Positions 1 to 12,155 of a stretch of 64,000 nt of DNA are shown here, piece by piece. How positions within the stretch are numbered: position 1 is the stretch's first letter; every line of letters starts with the position of its first letter. The notes under the pieces are model-generated. The model did no database searches. It saw nothing but the letters and a program-made list of their open reading frames with translations, and was not told where the DNA came from. The DNA is from Lama guanicoe (taxonomy: Eukaryota): NCBI GenBank assembly GCA_013239625.1, contig MU053482.1, positions 3,929,922 through 3,993,921 of the forward strand, given 5' to 3'. The position numbers and the translations under genes are program-made.

Positions 1-459
1 ATTAGCATTTGAATCAGCAGGTTGAGTAAAGAAGACCACCCTCACCAATGTGGTTGGGCATCATCCAGTCCTCTGAGGGCCCAAATAGGGCAAAAAGGCA
101 GAGGAAGGGCAAATGTTCTCACTGCTTGAGCTGGGACCTAGCTTCTCTTGCTCTAAGATATCAGTGCTGGTTCTCTGGCCTTCAGGCTTGTGTTGGGACT
201 TACACCATTGCCACCCCCTCTCCCCCAGTTCTTAGGGCTTTGGACTTGAACTGAATTACACCACAAAATTTTGGGGTTCTCCATGTTGCAGACAGCAGAG
301 CTTGGGGCTTCTCAACCCCCATGATCATTGGAGCCAATTCCCATAATAAATCTATATGTATATAATTACAAATGTAGAGATATAGCTATAGATAAATAAA
401 TTGATCTATATATATATCTCCTATGGGTTCTGTTTCTCTGGAGAAGTCTGACTAATACA
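1..459 (+). mobile_element. ERVL MLT2-type solo LTR, 5' part cut off by the window edge
   Basis: MLT2-like motifs: GAGTAAAGAAGACCACCCTCACCAATGTGG, CCCATAATAAATC, a TA-rich stretch, and the terminal TTCTGTTTCTCTGGAGAAG...CTGACTAATACA. Confidence 0.8.
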
Positions 460-489
460 GCATACAGTTATACTTTGTGAAGGTAAAAA

Positions 490-700
490 CAGATATTATC
501 AGAGAAAGTCACAAGGAGGACCTGTTTTAGACTGGATAGTCAGGGATGACTTCTCTGAAGAAGGGGTGTTTGGATTGAGACCTGAAAAATGAGGAGTCAT
601 CCAGGTGAGAGCATGGGCAAGAGTGATCCAGTAAGGGAACAGGATGGGCAAAGGTAGAAAAGAGCTCAGAGTGTTCAAGAAACTGAAGGAAGAAACATTC
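490..700 (-). mobile_element. L2 LINE fragment
   Basis: GTCAGGGATGACTTCTCTGAAGAAGGGG...GAGACCTGAA is typical of the antisense L2 3' region. Confidence 0.55.
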
Positions 701-774
701 AGCACTATTTATGTATATATGTCTGTCTGTATGTATATGTCACAGTGTGAATGCTGATCTCAGGGAAGGTTCTC

Positions 775-1095
775 TCTTCCTGGAAGCTCTTGCTTAGGTG
801 GCCACATGGCTGGTTCCTTCCCAGTGTTCATATCTCTGCGGAGTTGTCACCTCCTCCAAGAAGACTTCCCTGACCACCCGTTCACACACACTATCCCTTA
901 TCCAACTGTGTATGTTTTGTGATATCTATCACTAAGTGAAATGGTATTATTTGTCTGATTACTTCTTCATGGATGATCTTCCCCCATTGGAATGGAAACT
1001 CCACAAATACAAATCTTGTACTAATAGGCTGTCAAATTCCCAGCACCTAGCAAACAACAGGCACTTAATAAATGTTTTGTGAATTAATGGATGAT
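775..1095 (+). mobile_element. L2 LINE 3' end
   Basis: GTCACCTCCTCCAAGAAGACTTCCCTGACCACC...CCCAGCACCTAG...GGCACTTAATAAATGTTTTGTGAATTAATG matches the L2 tail. Confidence 0.7.
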
Positions 1096-1875
1096 AAATG
1101 ATAGGCTGGAGAAACAGAACATTTTAAGGAAATGTAGTTGCATTATAATCAAGCACCCACAGGACAAATGCTGAAAGGGAAGAGGGAGGACGTGTTAGGG
1201 AACCATGCCAGGACATTATTACAGAAGTAGGAAGAGGTGTAATGAGCTTATTTATTATGTGAACGTAAAGGCCAGTACTTAAGCTCCTTGCTCTTAAGTA
1301 GGCTAACATCTCTGCTATTTGCATCACGAATTTGCTTAGCAACTCCTGTTGCCTTTATGATAAATAAACACAGACGCATTTCTGTAACAGGCATCCTTAA
1401 TAACGAAGCTGCTGCCAAGCCTCAGTGAGTGCATGGCTTGTCACCAGTTACAGCAAATATTCTGCAGTGAAAGGCTCTGACTTACGAACGTGGGCACCAT
1501 TTCCATGGCCATGCCCTTCAAGGGATTGTGTCTGGTTGTTTAATGTTTGCACAGTTGTGAGGGGATGAAAGGGCAAGCCGACCTGCATTTGGGTTATTCA
1601 TAGATCTTTGTTGAGCTTTTAAGTAGCCATCACTCATGGATTCCCTTCTGTTTTTTTCTACCATGCTTTTCTAGTTGCTGTTTATAAAACAAACATAATT
1701 CCACTGTCAAATCCCAACATAAAACAAAACAAAACAAAAAGATCCAAGTATTGGAGAGCAAAACAGGTTGAGAGGTGGAATGGCTTGCTCTGTGGATGCT
1801 CAGAGGTTGGGAGTGATGGAGAGAGAGGAGTTGGGATGATATTCGATTTATGGCTTAGGTGACTGGTGTATGTTT

Positions 1876-2505
1876 TCTATCAGTTGGAGTTCAGTTAAGA
1901 GAAGCAGAACCATTAGGAGATCTCTCTCTCTCTCTTACTCTCTCTCTGTTTAATCAATAGGTATATGCATAGATATAGACATAAGACATAGATATAGATT
2001 TATTACAGGGGTTTGACATTGTGCAATGTGAGAGCTGGTCAACAGTTTACATAGGGCTGGTACGTGTGTGTCTGCAGGGAAGGAAAGGATGTCAGGAAAG
2101 GAAGACAGACAGGAACACAAGGCTAAAGGGAGTCTGCAGAGGTGAGCTGGAAACCGTAAGACTAGCCTGGAACCTGAGTTGATCTGTCATCACATTTTGG
2201 TTTTCTATGCAGGAGAAGCTGGTTTCCTTCATCACAGAGCTAATATGCACCTAGCCCAGCAGAGAGAGGTGCTGGAGGGAGATGTCCAGTGGGAGCTGAG
2301 GAGCTGTTGCCTCACTCGGGGGAGGAGGACCCGTGGCTAAGCAGCATCAGCCCAGCAGTGTCTTTCTGAGAGTTAAACAAGAACTGTCTCTGCTTCACTT
2401 CTACCTTCCAAGTCCCATGTGCAGTGTCTCTAATGGCCACGCCAACCCAGAGCTGTGCAGGGAAAGGGATGGTGGGGAATAGAGGTCAGCCTAGCTAAAC
2501 GGACA
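1876..2505 (-). mobile_element. Ancient ERVL-class solo LTR (subfamily uncertain), containing a (CT)n tract
   Basis: Begins TATCAGTTGGAGTTCAG..GAGAAGCAGAACCA with GATTTATTACAGG (antisense polyA signal); ends GGGAA..GGTCAGCCTAGCTAAACGGACA. Confidence 0.55.
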
Positions 2506-5169
2506 AATCCCCCACAGGGGCATTGACAGACCCCCCACGGCTGTGGATGAGAGGACACAGGGGTCGCGTGGAGCCGGAAAATACCATTATTGAGGGGATG
2601 GGCAGAGGCTGGGAACCTACAGTGGGGAATGAGAAATCAGAGAGGTCAGGGAGAAACTGTGGGAGGCAGTGCGTCATTCCTGGGTATGAATGTTTGTGAG
2701 GATGTGAGCCTATGAATAATGACGATTACAACGAGGATGATAGCCAGGTATAATATTGAATTTAATGACCAGTATCTACGGCACTGGCCCATCACAATGG
2801 ATGAGGAACTGTGAGGCGGTTCCCAGGGTCCTGAGGAAAGGCATCACACTGCCATGTGATGGTGATGGTGGACATTGGGTGTACACGGGCTTGGGGAAGC
2901 AGCTATTTAACGTCCAGTATGGGAGTTTTCCCACATTTTGAGAACTTTTATGCTGTCTTGGTGCATATTTGCTGAATGTCAGCCCTGCTGATGGCTAACA
3001 TTAATCATCTGTCTACTGTGGTGCCAGGTACCCAGCTAGGCATCGAGAGCGTGGTGGTGGTGATGGTGTTGCCTCTGGGATGCTTTGCCCCACCTGACTC
3101 AACTAGGGGTGGGGAGTGAGGGTGGTGGGGATAGGGTGGGGATCAGAATATTAGATCCTGGCAGAGCAAATCATCAGGCCCATTGTCAGCAAACATCTGT
3201 TGCCAGACAGGCACCACTTTTGCAGGAGGATGTATGTCGGGGAGATTTTATAGGCCCTGCTCCACGTCGGGGAGAACATTTAAGCAGGCAACAGCTGTTA
3301 ATGAGCACTATGCTGCTAATTAGGACAGCCTGGAGAGGAACAGCTGTGGTGGTTTGGAGTGACAGAGGCTGTGACATCTAACTGTTGGAATCTTGGGGGC
3401 TGTCTGTCTCTATGGGACACGTTCTGAATACTAGGACCCACGAAGACTCGTGGAGCATTCAATTTGGGAGCTCTTGTCTTGAATGATCTGATGTGATTGT
3501 TCATCCAGGTCAAACACCAGAAGATGTCCAAGGTGCCATTTTGATTGGCGGTTTATGGACACAGCTTTGAGTACAAAGCCTGAAAGATCTGTGTACTCAG
3601 AAGTAACCCAGAGGTCACTCGCTTTGCCCTCGTCCTCTTCCCTGAAGCATGAGGGGTACTGTTCTCCACTTGACTTCTGCCTCTGGTAAGTCAAGATTGG
3701 TCCTGCTACCTTTCCATTTTTCAGAGAGAAACTTTGAAGAGGTGCCAGGGTATTGTTACCTTAAATGATCTGGGCATTTGTCTTAATAATACTATCAAAT
3801 TGACCAAAGGACATATATCCAAGATTACCCATGCCTCAATTTGTTGCCATTTGGCTTGGCATTCGGTGAGGCCAAGGTGGACTGGTTCAGTTCATAAGTG
3901 AGCCAGATTGCCTCACTCTGGCCACAAACGTGTCTATAACCTGGGTTATGAGCACTGTGTGCCTGTGACCTTTGAGGGGCTGGAGGAGGGGATGAGGGTA
4001 GTTCATCGGTCCTCTCACCTCAGGTGCTAGAGAGCAGCACAAAGCCATGCTTTATCAACAGTGGGTCAGTGAGCGCCACTTGGACTTAGAGAGCATGTTG
4101 TTTGATAATACGTTCGGGTTCAGTCTGCTCCTTCCTTGGATGGTGTTCCCTACGTAAAGAAGGAAAGTAGCAAATGGTGGCAGTTTATTCATCGCTCCAA
4201 AGGCATGACTTTGCCATATGGGTTCCTTACCAATAAATAGCAGTGTCTTCTCAATCATTTGGTGAGAAATACCAGGCTCTGGATCTGGAAGTGAGAAGGG
4301 AATTCCAGGCAGAGGCGATGTTACAGCAAGCAAAGATGTGCAAGCTGGCACAGTCTAGCTTGGGGAAGAGTGAAGGGACAGCCTGGATGGAGTGAAGTAA
4401 GCAAAGCTCCCATTTATATTGTAACAGTTTCAAAAGAAAGACTGATAGCTACTGTTTCAAACTTCCAAAATTATAAACTAGGTTTTATATTTTTGTTCAA
4501 CAGTGGGGTTTAGGCAAAGAAAAAGAAAAATTTAATCTATTTTACATTTAATTATATCTGAAGTTACTAACAATAATTACAAATTTCCAGCTATTACAAC
4601 TTCCAGTTATGACTTCCCGTGATTATCTGAACCTGTTTCACATTTCTTGAAGTTCACACACAAACATTACAGGTTTGCATTTCATATGGGCAAAAACAGG
4701 CATGTCAAGACAATTTGACAGCTAGATAGCTCTTATCTCTTTCTATAGAATGGCAGCTAGGAAATTTGTCACTTAAGTGGAGCATAACCTAGTTTAGTTT
4801 TTGCTGGGGACCTATATCAGTCTGATTTGTAAGCAAATAGATTCTTTAACTACCTGAGTTGTAAATAATCTTTATCCTCCAGCTTCTTTTATTGGCCAAG
4901 AAAAGCAATTTGCAGCACAATGCCTGGATAAACAAAAGTATTTTTAGGTCCAAGTGATTTTCTTCAGTTTCCCTTTAATTAAAGCTGATTCTATTCTTAA
5001 AAGGTGATTCATGTCTCATCTCAAATTCTTCTTGAAGAGGGACTTATATGACTGTGTTTACAGAGGGTATACGCTTCCCCAGTATCTACACGTCGTGGGA
5101 TAAAGCCAGAATCCTACAACAAAGCTTCTCTGGTTGTTGCTCTTCCTGCCCTCCCAGCCCCATCCCGGG

Positions 5170-5590
5170 CATCTTTCCCTCCAGCCCCACTGAACTCGCT
5201 ATTCTTCCCAAGTGCCACGTTCCTTTCCCCTGGAGATCTTGGGTACATGTGATGTCCTCTGCCTGGAACATACTTCTGGGCTACCTTCCTTCACTTCTCC
5301 CAGCCAGCTTCTTAGATGATATGTCCCTTCTCAGGGGAATTTGCTCTGACCACCCACCCCACACCCCCTTCTCCATACATTTCAGTAGAGTCTGTGCTTC
5401 TCTACTGTGGTATTTTGCTTGCTTGTAATTTCCTAATTATTGATATTTGTTTATTTGATTTAGCATCTGTCTTCTCAGCTGGACTGTAAGTTCCTTGGGG
5501 ACTGGGACTGTATCTGTTTATTCACTACTGTGTCTGCCTTACAGTGTATCCTCAGTGACTGGATGCACTCAATATGTGTTAGTTGATTGG
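5170..5590 (+). mobile_element. L2 LINE 3' end
   Basis: CTCCAGCCCCACTGAAC, CCTCTGCCTGGAAC, GGACTGTAAGTTCCTTGGGGAC and GCACTCAATATGTGTT occur in L2 order. Confidence 0.7.
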
Positions 5591-6377
5591 CAAAAATATA
5601 ACTCTTTTCTAAGGCAGCTAAATACATTAAAGTAAAAACATTTTGCATTTAAAAATATCAACATTATATACTTTAAAAGTATTTACTAAGCAAGATTTGA
5701 TTCAATAAACTCTAGATGCATTTCAGTCTCCTTTTCGCTGAACCTCAGATATTACTTATCATGTTAATGTTTCTTACTGATTTATCCTGGAATCATTATT
5801 CCAAAGTCAGAGGCATCCTCAGGACAGCATTTTCGCTGTGACTTCAGCTCAGTGATTTCAGAGTAGTTTGACAGCAGATGTCCTTCCATCTTGGAGCTGT
5901 TGGTGGCATTTTCTGCCCCAGTCATTAGGAGTTTATCGCCTGCTTATGGATTCAAGTCAGACAGAGTGGCGAAAGCCTCCAGCTAGGAAAACCGAGTAAC
6001 ACCTGCAAAACAGTCTTCCCCCACATCACAAGGAAGAAATTTTTCTCACACTCTTACATTTGAGAATCAAGGTGAAATGATTTCTCTTTTATTTTGCCTT
6101 AGCTGGGCTATCCTTGTATGCAGTAATGCCCCATTAACCTCTGACTTTCGGGATGTGGTGTCCAGATCCTACCCTTGAAGAACTTACCCTCTGGTTAGGC
6201 ACAGAAGGGTAAAAGGCAGCTCAAGGCAGGGTGCGCTCAGGGATGCACGAATGAATACCTCTGGCAGTGAGTCCTGGAGTTCAGGGGTGGGGGTGGTTTC
6301 TAAAGAGATCATGTGATCTCTGAAGGAGACGGCTTTGAAGCTCTTACCCCGATTTTAGGATTAACTCTCATTTGTCT

Positions 6378-6605
6378 CTCAGATCCAACATCTCTCCAGA
6401 GAAGGCTTTCCTGACCACCCTGTCTAAAACAGACACACACTGTGCCATCTTTATCCCTTTATCCTGCTTTAATTTACAGCTTCCTCAGTAGAACAAAAGC
6501 CCCCAGAACAGAGGGACTTTGTCCTGATCACCAGTGGATCCGCAGTAGCTAGAAGGTCATTAGCACATAGTAGGTACTCATTAATGTCTGTTGAATGAAT
6601 GGATG
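6378..6605 (+). mobile_element. L2 LINE 3' end
   Basis: TTCCTGACCACCCTGTCTAAAA...GCACATAGTAGGTACTCATTAATGTCTGTTGAATGAATG. Confidence 0.7.
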
Positions 6606-6798
6606 CTCAGGGAGTGGGAGGGGGTGAATGCATACATAGAGAAAATGGAAGTCCAGATGGAAGAAAAGGCCTGGGCCTTTTTCTGGCTTAAAATAAGCCA
6701 TTCGATAGGAGGGAGAGGCTCATCTGAATGAAAAATGGGAGGGTGGGTGGTTGGTTTATGAGGTAGGTTGGGGCTAGATCATAGAAGGCTTTGATTTA

Positions 6799-6995
6799 GT
6801 TAGCATTTCTTAGCAATGAAGTATTTTTTAATTAAGGTATATACATTTTTTACACATAATGCTGTTGTACACTTAATAGACTACAGTGTAAGGTAAATAT
6901 AGCTTTCATTTGCACTGGGAAACCAACAAATTCATGTGACTGGCTTTATTGCGGTGGTCTGCAACAGAACCTGCAGTATTTCTGACATGTGCCTG
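6799..6995 (+). mobile_element. Tigger1 (TcMar-Tigger) 3' terminal fragment with terminal inverted repeat (TIR)
   Basis: CACTTAATAGACTACAGTGT, TGCACTGGGAAACCAACAAATTC and TTTATTGCGGTGGTCTG...ATGTGCCTG match the Tigger1 right end. Confidence 0.85.
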
Positions 6996-8219
6996 AATTA
7001 GTGAAGTCAGAGTAGACACTGGTTCTGGAGGCTGGTAGGTGCGCTCAGTTTGAGCTGGGTGGTGGGTAAATGAATGGCAGGACCTTCAACAGAGATGAAC
7101 TGCAGCCATGAGTGCTGCCAGATGGACGCTCCCGGGAGAGGTTGAAGCCTATTTCTAGCCTGCTTTTAGAACTGGCTCATGGAATCACTGAGTCCCACTG
7201 TGTTCTTTCAACTGTCCCCATAGTCACGACATCCACTGTCCTGTCCAGGTTGGATACTCCTGTTGCAGGCAGGAACTTCCCTACCTAGCCACCAAAGAAT
7301 CTACTGAATTCATCACCTCTTAAGGCCAGTGGTGATCTCTACCCTTATTATAAGACTTTTGATCCATAATCTTCCCATCTTCTAAGTACTTTGAGCTCTT
7401 CCCCTCTTTCTCCATTTCTCCATCTAGATCACAAACGTGCTAACTTGTGCAAGTGCTCACACATGTTCATAAATACACACATACGTGTAATGATCCCATC
7501 AATCATGGAGTCCAAGACCTTGTAATTCAATGAGACCAATGCCTGGCACATAGTAGGTGCCTAGTAAATGTCACTTCTTCTCCCCTAACACCTTTCAATC
7601 TTCCAGCTACTCCATTTGAGTGCAAAACTGTCCAGAAAAATGGGAAGGAGTTGGGCTGGCTGCTGGGTTTCTGAGCCTGCATACCAATGAAGCTGCTTCT
7701 GGAGCTGAGTGTCTTGTGCCCATAAACCATGACCTTCGTCATCTGCAGAGGCAGCCAGCAGTAGCAGTCCCTGTAGAAATCTTTCCTGTCACAATTGCAA
7801 GGATGGCAGAGGCACCAAGGCTACACATTTCTCTTGGCCGCGCTAGCAGATGCTTTCTGTAGTACTGTGCAAAGTACACTCTTCTCCTTTCTGTCTGGGC
7901 TGGGCTTTTTTTTCCCAAATAAAAATTAAAATAGCTGCTGAATTTATACTCATTTCTTGGGTCTGCAATTCACACTCCGTTTCTCATGAGCAGCCTGCAT
8001 TATTGGGGGGCTCATCTGCTTGTATTGTCTCTTGGAAGCAGCCACTTAAATGTCTGCTTGATTAAAAGTGGTTCCCTCATGCCAGGGTACCAGAGGGCAG
8101 TGACACGCAGAATCGAGTTGACTGGGAGTGACAAGAGGCTTTGCAGCCCAGTCCCCTCCGGAGGAAAGAATCCCCCCCCCCCCCGGGCCATTGGGAGTCA
8201 CAAGGGCTGCAGCTTCAAT

Positions 8220-9370
8220 ACTCAGAAAGTTCTTTGTAAGTGGCTACAGTTTACATCCCTGTAACTTCCACCCCCTGTTCTTAGTTCTGCCCTTTGGGCT
8301 GTATAGAGCAAGTCGTCCACAAGCGAGTTACATTTGAATTATGAAGACCATTCTCTTGCCTTCTATTATGGGTTGACTTGTGTCATCCAAAGATAAGATT
8401 TTGAAGTCCTAACCCCCAGTACCTCCGAATGTGATCTTATTTGGAAATAGGGTGGTTGTGGATGTCACTAGCTAAAATGAGTTCTGGAGGAACTGGAAAA
8501 TAATGGAGGAGGGTGGACCCTGAATCAAATATCACTGGCGTCCTTCTAAGACACACAGACACACAAAGGGAGATCACCAAGTGAAGATAGAGGCAGAGAT
8601 TAGAATGATGCCCCAAGCCAAGGAATGCCTGGGACTATACCAGATGCTCAAAGAGGCAAGGAAGGATCCTTCCTGAGAGACTTCAGAGGGAGCGTGGCCT
8701 TGTGAACACTTTGATTTTGAACTCTGGCCTCCAAAACTGTGACAAAATACAATTCTGTTGTTTCAAACCACCAGTTCGTGGGGTACTATTATGGCAGCCC
8801 CAGGACACTAATATAACCTCTGAGATGTCCCTGGGCTGACCATGCCCGGTTCCTTCAATTGTCTCTCATGTGATATGACCTCCATCCTTTCCTTGATTTC
8901 CTTTCTTTGAGCATATTTCATGCACCAAGCCAATTATTCTAGAGGTGGTCTGAGCAGCACACCTTGTTACTGGGACCATCACCTCCCACACTTCTGGATT
9001 CTGTACCTCACAGCATAGTTGCTCACTTGGCAACTTTTTTGTACCTCAAACTCCTACTGAGTTTATGGTCAACTATGACCCATCCATCAGTCTTTTCCAA
9101 GAGCACTGGTGCTAAGCCATGTCTCTCAACTGGTATGGTAGTTCTGTTAAAATCACTTATCATAGTACTGATTATTGCCCTGCCTTCAGGTATTTTGAAT
9201 CTTGAGTCAGTTCCTCAGTGTATTCAAAATTCTTCCCAACTCCATTCTTATTTTATCTATTCCCTCCCGAGAAATCCCTCTATGTTTTCATTGAATTATT
9301 AATCGTGGTGGGCTGAGAACGAAGAAACTGTGGCATATCAAAAGAGACTTCTCTTGGATTTGCTGTGAAT
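8220..9370 (-). mobile_element. L3/CR1 LINE relic, interrupted by the MLT1 LTR at 8364-8815
   Basis: AGAAAGTTCTT..CCCTGTAACTTCCACCCCCTGTTCTTAGTTCTGCCC before the LTR; CCCGGTTCCTTCAATTGTCTCTCATGTGATATG and GGTGGTCTGAGCAG after it. Confidence 0.55.
8364..8815 (+). mobile_element. MaLR solo LTR (MLT1B/MLT1C-like)
   Basis: TATTATGGGTTGACTTGTGTC..GAAGTCCTAACCCCCAGTACCTCCGAATGTGATCTTATTTGGAAATAGGG; ends ATGGCAGCCCCAGGACACTAATATA. Confidence 0.85.
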
Positions 9371-9377
9371 CCGTACA

Positions 9378-9490
9378 TTTGTTCACTCAATAAACATTTA
9401 CTGAGCTCTTAGTCCCTGCCAGACATTGCTCTAGGCACTGAGGATTTGGTGATGAATAAGAGAAAGCTCAGTCCTAATGGAACTTAAATG
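9378..9490 (-). mobile_element. L2 3' end
   Basis: TTCACTCAATAAACATTTACTGAGC..GCCAGACATTGCTCTAGGCACTGAGGAT. Confidence 0.65.
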
Positions 9491-10669
9491 ATCACATTGG
9501 TCAACCTTGGGGATCTGACCATAAGTGGAATGTGTGGATATCTTGGCTCTGGCAGTTCCTTCATCTTTTCCCAAATGCCATTTCCAAACCTTCAGAGCCA
9601 GGGCCCAGGAGAAACATTATTCCTGAGCTGAGGATTGGATGTAGGGTTGTTCTTTCCAGCAAGCAAGAAGGTTCTTTTTGTTCTTTCCTTCTCCGTGACC
9701 AGGTATTGCTCCCTAGCAGTTTCTGTCTTATTGTGCCACTTTTCTTTCCTTTCAACCTGCTAATAGTTAGAGAGAGCAGCTTAGGATTTGAGTGGAAGAA
9801 TAGGAAAGAAGTTGAGCTCCTAACAGGCAAGTAGCATCAGGGATTGGGAATAAACAAAGTACCCTGGCTTTGGATTCTGGGGTCAGGAAGCAAGCTCAGG
9901 TGAGAGTTTGTACAATGGAGAAGATCAGAGTGGTCAATGAGGTCAGTGAGAATCACGGTCAATGAGGAAGAGTGAAGGAATGGGGATATTTAGCTTGAAG
10001 AAAGGAAGCTTGGAGGAGGCAAGACCTGTATTCAATTATTTATGCAAATATGTTGCTTTCCCTGACATCTGACCAGTTAAAAAGCAAGCTAATAGAATGT
10101 TGTTGGCTGTAAGGAACTTGGATGCACTTAGACGAGTTTATGCCCCAGATGCTGATGGCGCTAAGGCTTTAACGACAGCCTTGCTGTAGAGCACCTGTCT
10201 CTCTAGTGGTGTCATGGCTGTTGTTGCCTCTGGCATTGAACTCTTTTCCCTAGCATCTCTGCTTCCCTTTGCACGTCATTCTCCTTTCTCTCCCTGTCCC
10301 CAACCAATTAATTATCTTTGCATTTTCCTATTCACATTCTGGAGGGAAAGTGTCTAACTCTTCTAGTGAATTACCACCAATCCTACTGGACAGAGCTTTT
10401 CACACCCACCTACTTCTTTGTTCAGTGGCCAGGCTGCGGGTGGACTGCTTTGGTCCAGGTGCCCACTCTGGTCCAGCTGGTCCAATTTTGCCACCAGTTC
10501 TTGTTCAAGCTCTCAGCAGGGACCTGTGGGTGGGTCAGTTTCCCTTCCAAAGGAAATTTTGGTGTGGTGGTCACCTTGACTGTCATGTAGTTTGTCACAT
10601 CTGGCTGATTTTATTTTCTCAACATTCCCCCCAACCCCATTTTCTGTTTCCAGGTTTCACCTCTGTTTC

Positions 10670-11560
10670 ACCATTGTTTGGACTGGACTGTCAAAGATGT
10701 CTTCCAGATTTAGTTTTGTTTCATTTCTCATATTGCTGTCACCATGATCTGTCTAAGGCACGCATATGATAATATTACTCCCCTGCCTAAAATCTTTCAA
10801 AAGTTCTCCATCTGTTGTTTTTTAATTGAGGTATAGTTAGTTTACAACGTTGTATCAATTTCTCCATAATTTTTTAAGGAAGAAGTCAAACCTCCTTTGC
10901 TTCCCGATCCCAGTTCCCATTACCACCTCTCCAAGTTCATCTCCCTGCCCTTTTGCTCTTTATACTCCAGTAAGGCCCACCATGCTGTTTTGTAACATTT
11001 TTGCCTTACTTGAGTGCCAGGAAAACTCTTTTTTTTACAAATTTTTTTATTGATTTATAATCATTTTACAATGTTGTGTCAAATTTCCAGTGTAGAGCAC
11101 AATTTTTCAGTCATACATGAACATATGTATATTCATTGTCACATTTTTTTCTCTGTGAGCTACCATAAGATCTTGTGTATATTTCCCGGTGCTATGCGGT
11201 ATAATCTTGTTAATCTGTTCTACAATTTTGAAATCCCAGTCTATCTCTTCCCACCCCCAGCCCCCTAGGAAAACTCTCCTTTATGTTCAAAACACTTAGT
11301 AGACGTCACCAGCTCTGGGAAGCCTACTTTGGCAGCCACCTCTGCTTCTGCCACAGAGCTAATCACTTTCTCCTCTGTGCATTGTACATGATTCTTTTGT
11401 TGTACTTATCATGCTGTATTAGAATTTCTTTTTAAACATTTCTTTCTCTCCTACTAATTTGCATGCATCCTCAGAATGGGAGCTATTTGTTATGCATATT
11501 TGCAGCTCCAGCATTTGCCACCAGTGCCTCAGTAAATGCTTGCTGGATAAATGAATGAGG
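10670..11560 (+). mobile_element. Degraded L2 3' region, interrupted by L1 tails at about 10820-10865 and 11030-11266
   Basis: ACTCCCCTGCCTAAAATCTTTCAA, GTCACCAGCTCTGGGAAGCCT, CTCAGTAAATGCTTGCTGGATAAATGAATG. Confidence 0.5.
11030..11266 (-). mobile_element. 5'-truncated lineage-specific L1 3' end with a perfect 11-bp TSD
   Basis: Antisense polyA followed by TTTACAATGTTGTGTCAAATTTCCAGTGTAGAGC; TSD AGGAAAACTCT at 11019-11029 and 11267-11277. Confidence 0.85.
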
Positions 11561-11584
11561 AAATGATTGAGAAGATAAACTGAC

Positions 11585-11780
11585 CTACTATATGCTAGGC
11601 CCTGTGTGAAGTGCTTTACATGCACTATCTCATTTAATTCTCACAAGAGGGAGATAAGGAAAGGGAGAGCTGCAGGGAGGGGGGTGCCTTTCCCGAGGTC
11701 AAGCAGCTAATAGGTAGTGGAACTGGGATTTGAGCCCAGGTTTGTCCGACTCCAAAGATCTCACTCTTTTCACTGCATTA
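11585..11780 (-). mobile_element. MIR SINE
   Basis: GTGCTTTACATGCACTATCTCATTTAATTCTCACAA...CCCGAGGTCAAGCAGCTAATAGGTAGTGGAACTGGGATTTGAGCCCAGG. Confidence 0.75.
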
Positions 11781-11994
11781 GCACAGGAAGAAAGTTCTGT
11801 AGAGACAGAATCTAGCTGAATAAAAGGAAATTTTTGTTGTTGTTGTTTTAAAGATTGGAGCTGTGCAAAGTGGAAATGGTCCACCTCCGGAGTTCCCATG
11901 TCAACAGAAAGGAAGCAGCTGACTCACAGGAGCTAAGTCCCAGGATGCTGCTGATACAGTATAATTTTCAAAGGGTTAGAAGATATCACTCCCA

Positions 11995-12155
11995 GGGGAA
12001 GGTATAGCTCAGTGGTAGAGGGCATGCCTAGGATGCACGAGGTCCTGGGTTCAATCCCCAGTAACTCCATTAACAATAAATAAACCAAATTACCACCCCC
12101 AAACAAAGCAAGCAAACAAACAAAATACAATTAAAAAAATAAACTGTTTAAAAAA
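11995..12155 (+). mobile_element. tRNA-Ala-derived SINE (camelid Vic-1 type), copy 1
   Basis: GGGGAAGGTATAGCTCAGTGGTAGAG...GGTCCTGGGTTCAATCCCCAGT with an A-rich tail; TSD ATCACTCCCA (11985-11994) / ATCACTCTCA (12156-12165). Confidence 0.9.

Noticed and set aside
3620..3692. Possible 38-nt micro-exon (pyrimidine tract, AAG acceptor, TG|GTAAGT donor)
   Set aside because: Isolated splice-like signals are common by chance, and there is no partner exon or recognisable peptide. RNA-seq would be needed.
6080..6215. Strong acceptor (TTTTGCCTTAG) on + and strong donor (GGTAAGT) on -
   Set aside because: The signals are on opposite strands and do not define one exon.
8172..8184. C13 homopolymer
   Set aside because: Simple mononucleotide run of unreliable length with no associated structure.
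10269..10769. 166-aa ORF
   Set aside because: Non-ATG start, pyrimidine-rich low-information translation, overlap with degraded repeat fragments, and no recognised homology.
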